From the NCBI RefSeq assembly GCF_024521635.1, contig NW_026250437.1:124001-188000 (forward strand): DNA of 64,000 nucleotides. Direction: 5' to 3'. The DNA is from Tricharina praecox. Lineage: Eukaryota. Within the stretch, counting starts at the first letter, position 1; each line of letters starts with the position of its first letter. The notes under the pieces are model-generated. The model ran no database searches, was not told the DNA's origin, and was given only the letters and a program-made list of their open reading frames with translations. The position numbers and the translations under genes are program-made. Shown here piece by piece: positions 38,091 to 51,910 of the stretch.

Positions 38091-38865
38091 GCCCCAAGCC
38101 CAGGCAATGGCAATGCAACACTCCCTATCACAACACTCTCAGCATCAATCCCCACGGCCACAACAAGCCGTTCCCCGCCCTCAACAGCAAATCCCACCGC
38201 AACAGCAACCGCTTCAAATCCATCAGCTCTCCCAGACCCCACTCCAACAGAGTACCCCCCACTTAGCCTACATCAACCAACTCCGTCAACAGGCCCAAAG
38301 CGGACAGAACCCAATGGTTGGCGTCTCACGCCCACCACAGGCCCAACCCCAACATGCCCCAGCCGCACGCCTTCAACCTCCTCAGATGAGCCATCCGCAC
38401 GCCTCCCCTCGTGGCACCATCTCCTCTCCACGGATGCCTCCCAACGCCACTTTGCAGCAACAACAAGCCGCACAACACCAAGCCGCTCTCTACCAACAAC
38501 AAGCCGCCATGGCCGGACACCCGCAAATGATCTATGGCAGCGCAGCATACATGCAAGCCGCGCAGCAACAGATGCTCATGCAGCAGCAACGGCAGATCCA
38601 AGGCCGCGGTGGCCAGATGATTGGCAAAAACATGGCTGGCCAGATCCGAGCAGGGCAGATCGGTGGTGGCGGTGTCGGCCGTGGAATGCCCATGCAGCAG
38701 CAGATGGGGGTGCAGCAGGGCGTTGGAGGTGTCGGTGGCCAGGGTTTCCAGGACTATGGGATTAATATCGGGCCTGGCGGCGGGATGATGCAGCAGCAGG
38801 GGATGGGCGGGGTTAATATGATGGGTGCGGCGGGGAGAGGCGTGGGGATGGGACGGGGACGGTAG
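35885..38865 (+). CDS. SPT20: SAGA complex subunit Spt20
   Basis: [65 protein letters not shown] and a polyQ/QA C-terminus. Introns 36315-36400, 36551-36613 and 36699-36767. Start uncertain because of a frame break near 36224-36228. Confidence 0.9.
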
Positions 38866-41373
38866 TTTCTCCATCGCCATCCTTTCCATTGATTGTGTTT
38901 CCGGTGTTGGGCGGATAGGGTTTGGTTTGGTTTTTTCTTCTCTTTCTTTCACTTTTTTTTCTTCCAATCGACTCGCAATTTGGCCGGATTATGCGGATTG
39001 TGGGAGTGTTAAATGTTACAGTGGTTTTGCGCTTTAGCTTTTCTTTTCTTTCTACTCCTTCTATTCCTTCTTACTTTTTTTTTACTGTTTTTTACTTTCT
39101 TTTCTTTCTTTTCTTTGCTGTTTTGCGGTCTTCTTCTTCTTCTTCTTCTTCTTCTGTCTTTTTGAGTGCTGCTCAGTGTTTACATGCAACTGCAACCAGG
39201 CGTTTATCGAATTGAAATATATGAATGGATACAAATTTCTGCGTTGGTCTGATGCTTTGCTTGTTCCGCCGTGCTGGCTGGTTAGGTAGTGGATAGTCAA
39301 ATGTACTGGTGTTTAGATTTTGAACGGCTGCTGGTCAATGAAGATAGCGGGTTATTTGAATGGTAGAATCATTTGCCGGAATTGCAGAGCCTAGGCGGTG
39401 GTATATTCCCACTACGCCCGCTCGCCCCTAGGGTGAATGGGATACGGTACGGCCGATTATCGACACCGATCACTCGCCGCACGTGCCCGATTCGCCGCGC
39501 CAGTAGCCAGCTACTCTGGATACCTACGTCATACCCGCCCCGACCCGCCCGCCCGCCCGCCGCAAGAAAGAGAGAGAGAGAGGTATGCTGTGCCATGAAA
39601 CATGAAACGACGATCGGGTGTGTAGATACCGTACCGTACCAGGAGATACCGTGCCGAGTGTAGACCCCCCCCCCCCCCCGCCACCAACCCCGACCCGGGG
39701 CAGGAGGATACCGGCAAGGTTCAGTAGGCCCGCAAGTGCAGAACTACAACCGCAACCTACAGCCCACAGCACAACACGGCAAAACCATCAGGACCGTAGG
39801 AGCATCAGTCTTCGGGACCACAAGTCTCCAAATCCCCAGTCTCCAATGGAACAAACCCTCGGAAAAAACCATCGGAACAGACCCTCGGGAATCGGAAACG
39901 GGATCGGAATCGCAATCAACCATGTACGCTCAAACCCGAACCGGCGTAAACTCCCATCCCAGTGCCCGCCCCCCTTCCCGGCCCGCCCCAGTGCCTACCC
40001 GGCCCCGGCCCCGGCCCCGGCCGCAAACATCCCCGGCCCAAACCCCCAGCTCGGCAGCACCCACCAGCTCAGCAACGTCCCTAGTCCACTCGCAAGCACA
40101 TACCGGTACTGACACTCGCAGGTACTGCTAGCCTGCCAGTCTGCCAGTCTGCCACAGAAACCGAAATATTCTATATCCTGCCGTTCCTCTCCATCCTCTC
40201 CTTTCCCAATGCTCATCCGCTCAATGGATACCACCATGGCACTATCATATCAACTATGCATGATAGGTAGGTGAGTAAGTAAATCCGGACCAGCAGCACC
40301 AGCATATCCAGATTCCAGCCATAACACCAGCCATCATTTCAGCCATCACAGCCAGCCATCACCGTATCCAGATTCCAGCCATCACCATGAGCCATCACTA
40401 TCACCAGTGAATCGAACGTAATGTACCGTAATGAACCATACCATACCGTACCACAACATAACATAACTTATGCCAGTCTTCGCATCTTCTTAGCCACGCA
40501 GCCACACAACAGCAAAGCATCTCGACAAAAGCCCAGCACAGCGTGGCACAGCGTGGCACAGCACAGCACGATAATAGTGGAGTAAAACAAACAAAACCCC
40601 TCCATAGCCCGACGGTGACCTTAATACCTAATCCACAATTGTCAAGTCAAGTCAAGTCTCAAGCACAAGCAACAGCACAGCATACCTAATAAAAGGACAA
40701 GAAGAATAGAAGAAAAGAAGAAGAAAAAAGGAAAGAAAAAAGGAAGAAAAAACACATCAAGAGAACAAATATCCATTCACTCCAGTCCAGTCCAGCTCCC
40801 CAATCCCAACCCAACCCAATCCCATCCAACCCAATCCCATCCCGTCCCATCCCGTCCCGTCCGGCCACTGCGCAATCCAGCTTTGTCCCCCATAATCCTC
40901 GCGCCAGCTAACGAGCCCCATCCCCCCCCCTCCCCGCCATTTTCACCCCACGCACAGCCATTCACAGTAAATAAGGTAACAAAACACAAGAAGAAGAGAC
41001 CACAGGAGGCAAAGTGAAGTGCGTGACAGGTCGAGTAAAAGTTAAAGAAAAAGAAGTAGGATGCAGAGTTGAAGAACGTAAGTAGTAGTAAGGTAAGGTA
41101 AGAAGTAATTGCCGCTCACAAATCCCTCCCAGATTGTCGGCTTCGGTTGGTTCAGGTATTGGTTGTCCCCGCTGTACACAAAAAAAAAACACACATTTGA
41201 AGGAAAAGAGAAAAAAAAGAAGAGAAAAGCAAAAACACCCGTACCATCCATTAAGAACTGTCCACACGATGGCGGTGGTAAGTGTGTATCCACCCAGAGT
41301 GAAGAGTTTTCTACATATCTATCGAAGATATGGGCTTCACCTCCCTCATCCGATTCCGTAAAGAGAGGTCGTT

Positions 41374-44227
41374 TCAAAGATTCTCACGAGGCTCGGCTTC
41401 CCGGTATGCTTGGGCCCTGGCAGCTTCGGCTTCTCGGTCATCTCGAGACTTGGCGGCTTCAGTTCCCTCATCCTGGATGGTCTCCCGGAACCACGGGTGC
41501 TTGAGCGCATCTTTGGCGGTAATCCTCTTGTTGGGATCGTAGACGAATATCTTCTTGAGCAGATCGTGGAACTGCTTGTTGAAGGTATTGTTGCTGGGGA
41601 TGATGTCCTATTTCGACTAATCAGAACGATGGGAAGAAAAGCCAAGATATCACGGCTGGAGAAAAGGTAAACAAACCTGCAGATGCTTCATCGCGTTCAC
41701 GTACTTCTTGCTGGCCCTAGTAGTTTCCGCATTAGGGTAATCCAGCCTGGCTCCCTTGAAGTACCTAGGTAATGTCAGTGAACGAGTCGCCGGGAATGCA
41801 CGCCAAACGGATAGGTCCGTACTTTGAAGCATTTGAAGTGTTTCCACCACCGCTCTTTCCCGCGATTGCCCGAACCAGCTTCGCGTCGATACGCGGCCCG
41901 CAGACGGCCTGCATCATGGCGAGATGCTCCAGGTTGTCGTGAGTCTGGAAGAGAGCATCGCCGGTATAAAACTCGACCAGAATGCATCCGATGCTCCAGA
42001 TATCACAGGGGAAACTCCATCCCAGCCCCAGGATGATCTCGGGGGCCCTATAATGTCGAGTACTCACGACGCTAGAGTGGTACTCGTCGTCAAAAGTGGC
42101 CGAACCGAAATCGATGAGACGGATATCAGTATCCAAGAGTATCCGTCGAGTCCGTCCTTGGCGCTGGGTCAGGTTGGACGACGACGGAATCGAACGGTTG
42201 TAGTTGTACGTGTGGAAGCCGTTGTTGACTAGGAGGATATTCTCGGGCTTGAGGTCCGTGTGGATCAAGTTGAGATCGTGCAGAACTAACCAATCAGGTC
42301 AGCATCCCATCCCATCCATCCATCCATCCATCCATCCACCCATACCGAACGCGGGGAAAGAAAAGGGAAGAAAGCACTCACACGCAACACTAGTGAACAG
42401 CTGCCGAGCAAAACTCTGGATGTGCGTGCTAGGAAACGGAGCAAACTGATTCCCCTTGAGGAAATCAAAAACACTCATCCCGAGGAGATCGGTAACGATA
42501 CCTGGAGATCTTCGTCAGCAGTGAACTCAATCGGGCTTTTGTCGTGTGAGCGAGAAAGCTGACAGATATGGTTCTTGTAGTCGAAGCAGTCCCTCAGATG
42601 AATGCACTTATTCCTATTCTCCTTGTCATTGCAGGAGAGGGTGGATAGAACTCGCAGTTCGATCCTCGACGCATCCCGGTATTTCTGGACCGATCGAATC
42701 ACTTTGATCGCACATTTCGTACGTTTCGTGCGGTCGTAGGCCTCCACCACCTTGCCGAAGGTGCCCTGTCCTAGTAACTTGGTGATGCGATCTGAACACA
42801 AAAAAGGATTAGTCCGGGTCGATGGTCGATGGTGGTGCACAGAATTGTGGGGGGGTGGAGGGAACGACTACGCACATCGAGCAGTCAAATCCGTATTCGG
42901 TGAAACAATGTAGTGTCCGTCGTTGTCGTCAACCCTCTGTTGACTATTTCTATCCGGCTGTTATACCAAAGAAGAAAAAAGGGCGACCAGTCAGCAGCGT
43001 CCCATCCAAGTGCCGAAGAGAAAAGCGTAAAGCGTATACGAGGGAGGGTGGGTTATCGATCCACCTCCGCGAAACGAACGCTGATTTTTTTTGCAAAGCC
43101 AGACTACTTACATCCTGAATTGGTTGCACGTAAACATCCTTCGCCTTGATCGGTGGTTTCGGTGGCGGGTGATAGCTCGCAAACGCATCCAGCGTGTTGG
43201 CAGCAGCAGCAGCCGCTTGACTTGCCCTCGTAACCCTCTTTCGCTTCTGACCGTTGGCGGCGACGGCAGCAGCAGCTGCTGCGGCGTTCGAAGAGGCGGC
43301 GGCGGCGGCGGCGGAGGCAGTGTAATCCTTAATGCTGCTCACGGACCCCAGCGAAGTCCCCGCCGTGGTACCATTGACGCTCGAAGCACTCGAGTGCGCC
43401 GACAGAGTGGTGGGTGAGGCGTAGCCGTTGAGATGTGGCGTCTGCGTCGCAGAGTAGGCGTGGCCCTCTGGTTGACTTCCGTACACGGGTTCGTATTTGA
43501 CGGACTGTGCCGACTGCGTTGACTGAACTTTTCGCTTCTTGTCCGCATGACGAGGCGGAGCGTTGTTGGCGGCGGCGGAGGCGGCGGTAGCAGCGATCGG
43601 ATATTGCACGGTTCCATTCTGCCGTGAGGAGGACGATGCCGGAGCGGGGGCCAACGCCGCGGTGCCTGCTGCTGCGGTTGCTATCGCCTGGTGTTGTCGA
43701 CCGCTGCGAGACGACACGGCAGGAGGGGGCGGACTCGGCGAATCGTCAATGACGATGATCTCCTTCGGGGGTCCATTCCGATAAAATTCCTGCCAGTCCG
43801 GTGTCCGCCGGCGGGATCTCCGGGGAGCCGATGACGAAGTGGACGCAGCTTGTGTTCTCGACGCCATCGTTCCTGAAACTGTCGTACGCGTTTCCACGGA
43901 CGAAGATGGGGACGAGGCCGACGACGGAACTGGAGCTGTCGCTAGCGGGCTCTGAGGCTGGAAGTACGGTAGCGGAGCGGGTAATCGCTGGTGGTTGTGG
44001 TGAGAGTGGGAGTTGAGCGAGGTCAGGGCAGCGTGCGGGTTGGTGCTGTGGGTGTTGTTGTTGTGGATCTGGAGCGGTTGGAGGTGGTGGTGGAGGAGTT
44101 GGTGCGGGTTGTGGTTGTGGTTGCTGTGGTGGTGGTGGAGGTGGTGGTGGTGGGAGTAGTTGTACGAAGAATAAGGATTGGCGATGTCGAGTGGAGCAAG
44201 TGCGGTAGCTGTGGAAGGAGTCGACAT
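41374..44227 (-). CDS. lkh1: LAMMER dual-specificity kinase (Lkh1/Kns1/CLK family)
   Basis: [44 protein letters not shown] and EHLAMMQ. Several introns, e.g. 42958-43111, 42792-42875 and 42502-42563. Confidence 0.95.
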
Positions 44228-47200
44228 CTGGAAAACGTTCCGCGTATTTTTTTTATTCGGCAACGCTTTGCAAGTGCACACGACTCAGCGAGGAGACTCG
44301 CTGAGGACTATCGCCAAACCGTTATCTTTTTTTTTCTCTTTCTCTTTCTGCCTCTGGCTCTTGTCTCTGCAGCGCGAAAAACGGAAGGGGGTGGTATGGT
44401 ATGGTGCGTGTGGTGTGCGTGGTGTTGTGTGGTAGTTGGCGGAATATTGTTTTGAGTAAAATTGACGTGGGAAGGCGAAGGGGGGTTTGGAGTGCCGAGA
44501 ATTTGTGGATAACTAGAGTGTATTGGAACGAGGCGGAGAGACCGAAGCAAGCAGACAAGCAGGCCGGCAAGCAGGTAGACCAGCAAGCAAGCAATACCAG
44601 CGTCACTTGAACGAGGTGAGAAGGGGGGAGACGGCGAAGTTGGGATCGGTGGAGAAGGAACTCTGGCCACGCCACACGCAACAGCAAGCGGTTGAGGGGG
44701 TTAAAGGGAGAAGCCGGGTGTCGTGATTGTTCGACTTCGTCTTATTCTTGTCGTTGAAGTTACGCTAAAGGGAATAGAGTTGTTTGGAGTTTGTGGCGGC
44801 GTGTGAACGCTGCAGAGGAGGAGGAGGATGGGAGGGAAGACGGAGGGACACGAGAGATGGAAATGGAAGCAAGCCAAGTTCGATTGTTGCCCGCGGATTC
44901 TATAGTAAAGGGAGTTTTTTTCTTCTTTTCTCTCTCTAAGTAGGTCGGCTTCAGGTCTATAGTAGGTACGCAGATGGTTTTCTGATCTTGTTCCTCCGTT
45001 CCCCGTGTTCTCGTGCCGTCAGAAGTCAGTGGGGGCATGGGTGGTGCGAATATCCGTGTCGTAACAAGCAGCAAGCGAGACCGCTAGAGTATCGGCTGCG
45101 GCGGCGGCAGTGGGAGGCAAGTCGGAGCAAGCAAGCAAGCAAGCAAGCAAGCAGGACGCAGTTGGCAGTTTTGGCTGAACGGGCGAGTCTGAATGGATCG
45201 TGGCAAAAGCGTTTGGGAGGGGGGGAGGTGGTTGGAGTTTGGGGGTCTCGTGAATTCTATTCTTCTTTGACTGCTTCTGGTCTTCCCGTCCGTTTCTGCT
45301 ATGTGGCCGCGGAGGTCTCGGTGATTGGTTGTGCTGGCCGGGTTGACGATGGTTAACGATGGGGTGTATTGGCGGTGGTGGTGGTGATGGTGGTAGTGGG
45401 TGTGGCGGCGGATTCACGTTACTTCTTCTTCAAGCAGGCAGATCGATATCGAACCAAGTTCCGATTTGCAGGCTGCAAAAGAAAAAGAAAAAGACGAATA
45501 AAACACCAGAGCGAAAAGGAAAGGGAAAAAAGAAGAAGAAATCTCTAAAAACGGCAGACAGACAGGAACTCTGCCTGTAGAGTATAGTTAGTACTCAATG
45601 GAGTGGGGTACGATATCTAATTGAGAAGACGCAGCCAAAGAAAGACGGAGATGCTGGTGCTGATGATGTCGGTGTTGATGATGCTGATGCTGATGATGCT
45701 GATGATGCTGCTGGTGATGATGATGATGCTCCGAGTTTACATAACACCGGCCGGGCCGGTGGCACTCTAGAAGTGGAGTGCTCGCCTCGAGCCACGGAAG
45801 TGGTCGTGAATTGTGATTTGCTAGAGTGCTGACCCTCGCAGCAGCCACACGACTCAACGAGTCTGGTTTCCGTGTGTACAAAACTCGGCTGCAGCATAGC
45901 CTCCGAGCCCGGGTCACTGGCCTGTCTTGTTTATGTCCGTCTGTTCATTTCCATCCGGGCTCGCGCGTCGGCGGTCGCGGAGGTGGTGGTTGTGGTGCTG
46001 GTGGCGGCGGCGGCGATGGCATTATCACAGTAATGATGGTGGTGATGGTGGTGGTAGTCATGGCGGTGGTGATGTTGCGCGATATAACGGACTCCAGAGT
46101 CCAGAGTACCTAGTTTAATTATGTATGTACGAGTACAGCATCGCTTCGCTTCCGTCTTTCACATTCCCAGGCTCAGCAGACATGTCCGATGTGCATTATT
46201 ATGTGATATCCGTAACTCCAGCTTCAGCTCCAACTCGAGTTCGAATCTCGCACATAATAATAGCGATCGATACGAAGCATCCTCATCTTCACGAGTTCGA
46301 AGTTGCAAGTTTGAATCCGTCGAATCTCGTAATAGCCATACATACAAACAAACCATCCTCTCCATCCGTCCATCTCGGCCATTCCTCGTCCGTCAAAAAC
46401 TTACTTACCTACCGAGATCGCCATCGCATGAATGCAAACAGGCCAAAAGCCAAGGGCCCACCCACCGCCCCACCGCCCACGGCCAGGATCCATCCCATCC
46501 CACGGGGTCGATCTGGGCTTGGACGGGTTAAGGGCTAGCCGGTAAGTACTCTAGAGCACTTTTGCAGGTGGTGGTGGTGGTGGTGGTGGTGGTGGGCGCT
46601 GGACGACCCTGATCGTGATCATACCGTACTTATGATGTGTGCGGAGAGGGTTTCGACACAGCGATGATGTCTTTTCTCTTTTTTTCTCTCTCCTTCTTTC
46701 TCTCTCTCTCCCTTTCTCGCGGGAGGCGGGGGGCCAGAGCGCTATGTACCAAGTTGAATCATCAAAGCGACGAGAAGTCCATTCTCTGTTTTACCTTCTC
46801 TCTCTCGTGAACTGAGCTGAACTCGAATCTGGGTACTCTAGGTAAGTTATCCCTTGAGCTCTCGAAACGCGTCCACTCTCCCACAGAAAACCCTGGCCAC
46901 TTTACGCCCCTCCCCTCCCCCCGACCGCCCATCTCCACCCTATAACTACGCGTATCTATCATAGGTAGTACCTACCGTAGTTACATGTCATAGAGTACAT
47001 AGGAGGTATCTCGCAATCCGCGTCTGTCGCTCAACGGCTACTGGAAACATTCCGGCCAGCAAGTACCCAAGTACTATGTTACGCCCCCCTGGGCCCTCAC
47101 AGAGTCCCCACGAGCCCGTCCTGTCCTGTCCTGTCCTGTCTGTCCTGTCCTGTTTTTGCACTCTACCATACCATACCGTACCGTACTATACACCCTGCAT

Positions 47201-47325
47201 GTCACCGTCCGCACCGCCATCCGCACCACCGACCGCACCACCGTCCGCACCGCCGTCCGCGGCGCGCGCCGCAGGCCGTATATAGTAGTACCTACTACCC
47301 AGTGGAGTGGAGTGGACAAGTAGTA

Positions 47326-47390
47326 AGCAAGAGCAAGCAAGAGCAAGCAAGAGCAAGCAAGAGCAAGCAAGAGCAAGCAAGAGCAAGCAG
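47326..47390. repeat. 10-bp tandem repeat (gagcaagcaa)n
   Basis: About 6 copies, read directly. Confidence 0.9.
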
Positions 47391-48339
47391 ACATCACAAA
47401 TTCCAGGTTTGGTTTACGACGTGCGATCGCCCAGAAGGGCGTGGTATGGAGGGTACGTGTGGGCAGGGGAAGTTCTCTTCCGCTCCGTTGCTGCGTTGCG
47501 CTGCGTTCTTAACTTCTTGTTTGTGCGACGACAGACCGGCGCTCGCACTCGTCCACTGCTCGCTGCTGCTGAGTGCTGCTGACTTCATCTGCTGCCCGGT
47601 GCAAGGACGGCAATTTGGATTTTGGATTTTGGGGGAATTGCAACTGCACAACTGCAACTGCTGCAACTGCGAGACAGCATAGCATGGCTGCTCACTGGTG
47701 GACACGGTGGATACTGGGGATATTTGTGACACCGGGGACACTGCGGACACTGGGCACTGGATCGTAGATCTGGCGCTGCCTGCAGAGTCAGCGAGACGAT
47801 GACGAGAAGACGAGAAGACGAGAAGGCTTGAAGGGATGCACGGCGTGCACGGTGTGCTTAGTCAAGCGCAACCACCACCTCCACCGAAACTGAACGACTG
47901 AACCCCACATACGGCAGAGAGCAAAACAGCAATCGAACACCAGCCGCCGCACGGTGAGCGGTGTGCAGTCAGCGGTGTGGGGAACAGGAAGCAGGCAGTC
48001 TCGAGCTTACTCTACCTACCGTCCTACCTCCGAACCTACCTACTCGAGACAGAGAGAGCGAGAGAAGTCAGTATCTATGCATCGCTTCTTCTTCCTCTTC
48101 CTCTTCTTCCTCCTCTTCCCCTTCTCCCCTCCCCCTCCTTCAAAAAATTTACGATAAACCCTCCCCCGATTCCCATCCCTCTCATCCCCCAGTGTTTCCA
48201 TTCTACAACCGAACATCGACCGTAGCTAACGTTCTCTCGGCGCGTTCTCATTCCCGAGCGAGCGGAGAGGTGTCGGGCGTTGGGTCGGGTGTCGGGTGGC
48301 GTTCTACATTTCTACACATCTTGTGGCGCGCCAGATGCA

Positions 48340-48396
48340 GAGTAGGTAGGTTGAGTAGGTAGGTTGAGTAGGTAGGTTGAGTAGGTAGGTTGAGTA
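48340..48396. repeat. 13-bp tandem repeat (gagtaggtaggtt) x4
   Basis: Read directly from the sequence. Confidence 0.9.
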
Positions 48397-50533
48397 AGAC
48401 TCTGTTACTCTGCTCAGCGCCCGCTTCCCCTTCCCCTTCCTGCAGTCCGGCCGGAACCACGGCAACGGCGACAGCAACGAAAAACGGAAACACGAGGTGT
48501 CAACAAACAGCACGACAAAGCAGCATGTGCTATTCCAGAGTAGCAGCAGAGTAGCAGCACGGTCAGCCATCAGCCATCCACCGGTAAGCGCGGCCCCGTG
48601 GAAGAGCAGCGTTTCAGCCACACAAGGCTGCTGGGGGAGGGGGTTTCGAGCGGGTGGCTAGTACTCTATGCATAGAGTACTGTAAACGAGGAGGCGTCTA
48701 AGCGCGGAGGATCTTACATACACTCCAGGCGCTGGCGCGTCCGGAGCGCGTCCGGAGCGCGGGCTAACAGGATACATAAAACTGAGGGGTGGGGTGGGGG
48801 TGGGTAAGATGGGTGAGTGATAGTTTGTGCACCACCCTCGCAAGTCGCGGATCGAGTGGCAGAGGGGGGAGGTGGGTTTTCGTTTTCGCAGCGGGGATGG
48901 GGTGTAGGAGTGAGAATGGAGTGTAGGAGCGGGCTTACGCGCTGGTGATGGGTAAATCCACGAGGCGGGTGCGAGGCGGGGTTTGTTTTTTTCTTTGACG
49001 TGCTGCATGCTTATGCGCATGCGCGTGAGCTTGAATGACTACTCCGAGAACTACTTGAGCTAGCTTCGTTGATGTTGTGTATGCTTCCAAGCTTCGTGAC
49101 GGACTTGATGCGGCGGAGCCAGGCTCTAGGTGCTCTGGAAGACTCATTCAAACTTTGGTCTGGGGATGATGAATGATGAATGAGGGTCATAATTTTGAAT
49201 AGCGTCACACAGATAACAAACAGTCAGCGACTTGTTATGTAAGTACACACTTTTTTACCCCTCGAACCGCAACCCAAGCTCAATAGCCCCCCATAGCCGC
49301 AACCCGCGCTCAACAGCCCCTCAATGCTCATCGCAAACCAACCCAGCGCCACTGACACTCCTCCCCCCCTCCTGCGCCGTTTTGATCTCCCCGCGATCCC
49401 CACATACTCGGAGATCCTTTCGAACTTCGTCACGATGATCCCCCGCCACGCTCGTGCACATACTTCCTAGGTACGCTGCTTCCGGCTGTTGACATCACCC
49501 AAGCGCCATTCGCCGCCGCAGGCCCGCATACCCCGCAGGCCGCAGACCCGTCCGAGGGTTTTCGGACATCGAACGGTGGGTCGGTGACAGCCCATGTGCT
49601 TTGTCTCGATGCGGAGTCAGATACCATCTCCTCGCGCGCTGCCTTTACCCAGAGTACTCTACCTACCGATGTGTAAGTCTTACGTAATCGCATGGCTGTC
49701 AACGTCAACGTCAACTTCCCCGGTGAACGAATTCGGCGCTGCTTCCTGGAGCTGCACTACCTAGCCTATAGTAGCCTGTCCACGACCCCACGACTACGTA
49801 GAATCGATATCTCCTGGAGGTGGATGGACTGGTTTGGATGGCGAACGGATGTCAGGAGGAGTGGAGCACAGTGCACGCTGAGTTGAGTTGAGTCGCCTAG
49901 GTAATGGCGGTTAACTATGTGCAAAATGGCTGAATGTGGTGTGAGTGCGGGTGGGGGTGGGCGTCGCTTGCCCCCAGGCGCTTCGAACGGCACAAAGACC
50001 TACCTAATCGACCGTCGACAACCGGTCGAATACCCATCGCCAAAGGGTCCCGGCGATCAATGCTATGGAGCTAGTGCTTAGAGGATTGAAACCGAAGATT
50101 CGCTTCTACACTGGTAATCCATATTTTGGTCTGGCTACATACTTTCCCAAACGTCGGTACACCGTACCCATCGGAAAGCCTGCTACATTCGGCTGTGGCT
50201 AATGTGTTCCTAGGTGTGTGTCTCTATTCACGTAAAATCACTCGGTATTGAAGTCACTTGGGTAAGAAGATCTGTGAAGAAACGGGGTATAGTACGACAC
50301 ACGGTTTGGGCGGTCAAGCTTCCTAGTACCTATTCAAGCGTTTTCGATACTATTGGGTGATTTACCGAATGGTAACAGCTCGACTCTGCACAGGGCTATC
50401 CATAACATGGCTTTTCTTTGCGGTGTCATGGAAATTCGGAATGCGATACTCAGTTACATTGAAGCCAAATTGAATGCTTTACTACGGCTAATTCTTCTCT
50501 AGGTACAATGTAGGCAGTCCCGGTGCCCGCTCC

Positions 50534-51569
50534 TCACTCATCGATCCTAACATAACTCGGCGCGGGCGTATCATCGCTCAGATCCGCCCAGGCCGTCCAA
50601 TGCCTTCCGACATGCCTCCTCTCCTCCGCCTCATCCGCAATCGCGACGGCCAGATCCGCGACCGAAATCCCATGCAGGCGACCCTCCATGGCCTCAGCAC
50701 TGTTCCTATCCCCCTTCAGCGGGAGAACATCATACGCCCACATATACACCCCCGTCCTCTTCCCGGGTCGATACAGAGAGCTGGGGCTAACAAAGGACCA
50801 CGCAAAATCCGCCCTGCCCTCAAAAAACATGAAGCTAGTCCTGCAGGCGGTCACAAACTCCATCGCTGCATCCCTGTTTTTCACCTCCTGTTCATACGTC
50901 TTTATCACCTTCTCCTCCACCTCCCCGGCCGTCCCCGCCTTCAGCGCGAGCCGCGCATTCCGGTACCCCCGCAACGCGACCCCCGACGGCCCCAGGCGCT
51001 CCTCCATGTACGTCACGTGCGCGTGCGAGTCGGCTATGCCGCGGCGGTAGTCGAGCCACCACTGCGGCGACTCGAGGACGGAGACGTGAGGTTGTCCCGG
51101 TAGGTGCAGGGATCCCGTGCCGCCGACTTTAATGAAATACGGGACGCGCGCCAGCTTTATTGCGAGGATGACGCGCCGGGTTACTTCGAGGAAGGGCACT
51201 GCACCCACCCACCAGGACTACGTCAGCATCGAGGGGGAAGCGGGGGGAAGCGGGGAGGGGAGGGGGGGAAGGGGAAGCACTGTATTTCAGCGCCGCGAAA
51301 CCGGCGGCGTGCGGGCCGTACTCGTCGACTATCACGTCGAAGCCGGCGAATGCCGCTGCGAGCACGGTGATGTCTGAGGTGATGTCGAGTTGCTTCGGCG
51401 TGTAGAGCGGGTGGATCCCGAGCTTTTCGGGGTGTCGAGAAAGACCGGTCACTCGGTGGCCGCGCGAGATTAGCTCCTTCGTTAGCCAGCTGCCGCCGAA
51501 GCCGGTGGCGCCAATTACGGCTATGTTCAGCGGAGTGGTGGGGGAGGGGGAGTAGGTGGTGGAGGCCAT
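50534..51569 (-). CDS. NAD(P)-binding Rossmann protein (YwnB/NADH-flavin reductase-like, atypical SDR)
   Basis: IAVIGATGFGG...RGHRVTGLSRHP, VGGTGSL, WSFVSP...PGKRTG and ISVADLAVAIADEAE. Intron 51199-51280. Confidence 0.88.
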
Positions 51570-51910
51570 TGCAATAAGGGAGGTGTGGTTGGTTGCCTAG
51601 GCATCGAGACGATGGGGGTGGATATTATATGAGTCTGTGCCATTGAGACGGTCCAGCAAAGATGGATACTGGCAGAAGCTATCCGGCAGCAGGTGGGGCA
51701 GATCATCTCCAGATCCCCAAATGTGGGGTTTACTCTGAATTCCCAGCAGGGTTGTGGACCCGAGCCCGGCCGAAGCGGTGGTGGATCTGCCAAACCCTCA
51801 AGATGGAGCCTGTATAGTGATTTACGATACTTCTGGAATCACGACAAGTACCTCAACATCGTCTAAAAACGTATAGCAAGTAGATAGGTGTTACAAAAAG
51901 CCCCACAAAA

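Noticed and set aside
37781..38242. Poly-Leu/Ala/Val 'membrane protein' ORFs on the - strand
   Set aside because: Shadows of the SPT20 polyQ/QA tract.
48340..48396. Interstitial telomere repeat
   Set aside because: The unit gagtaggtaggtt is not TTAGGG, and nothing here indicates it is this organism's telomere repeat.
49230..49890. Possible pseudogene with intron-like signals
   Set aside because: No coherent reading frame could be assembled and no family was recognised.
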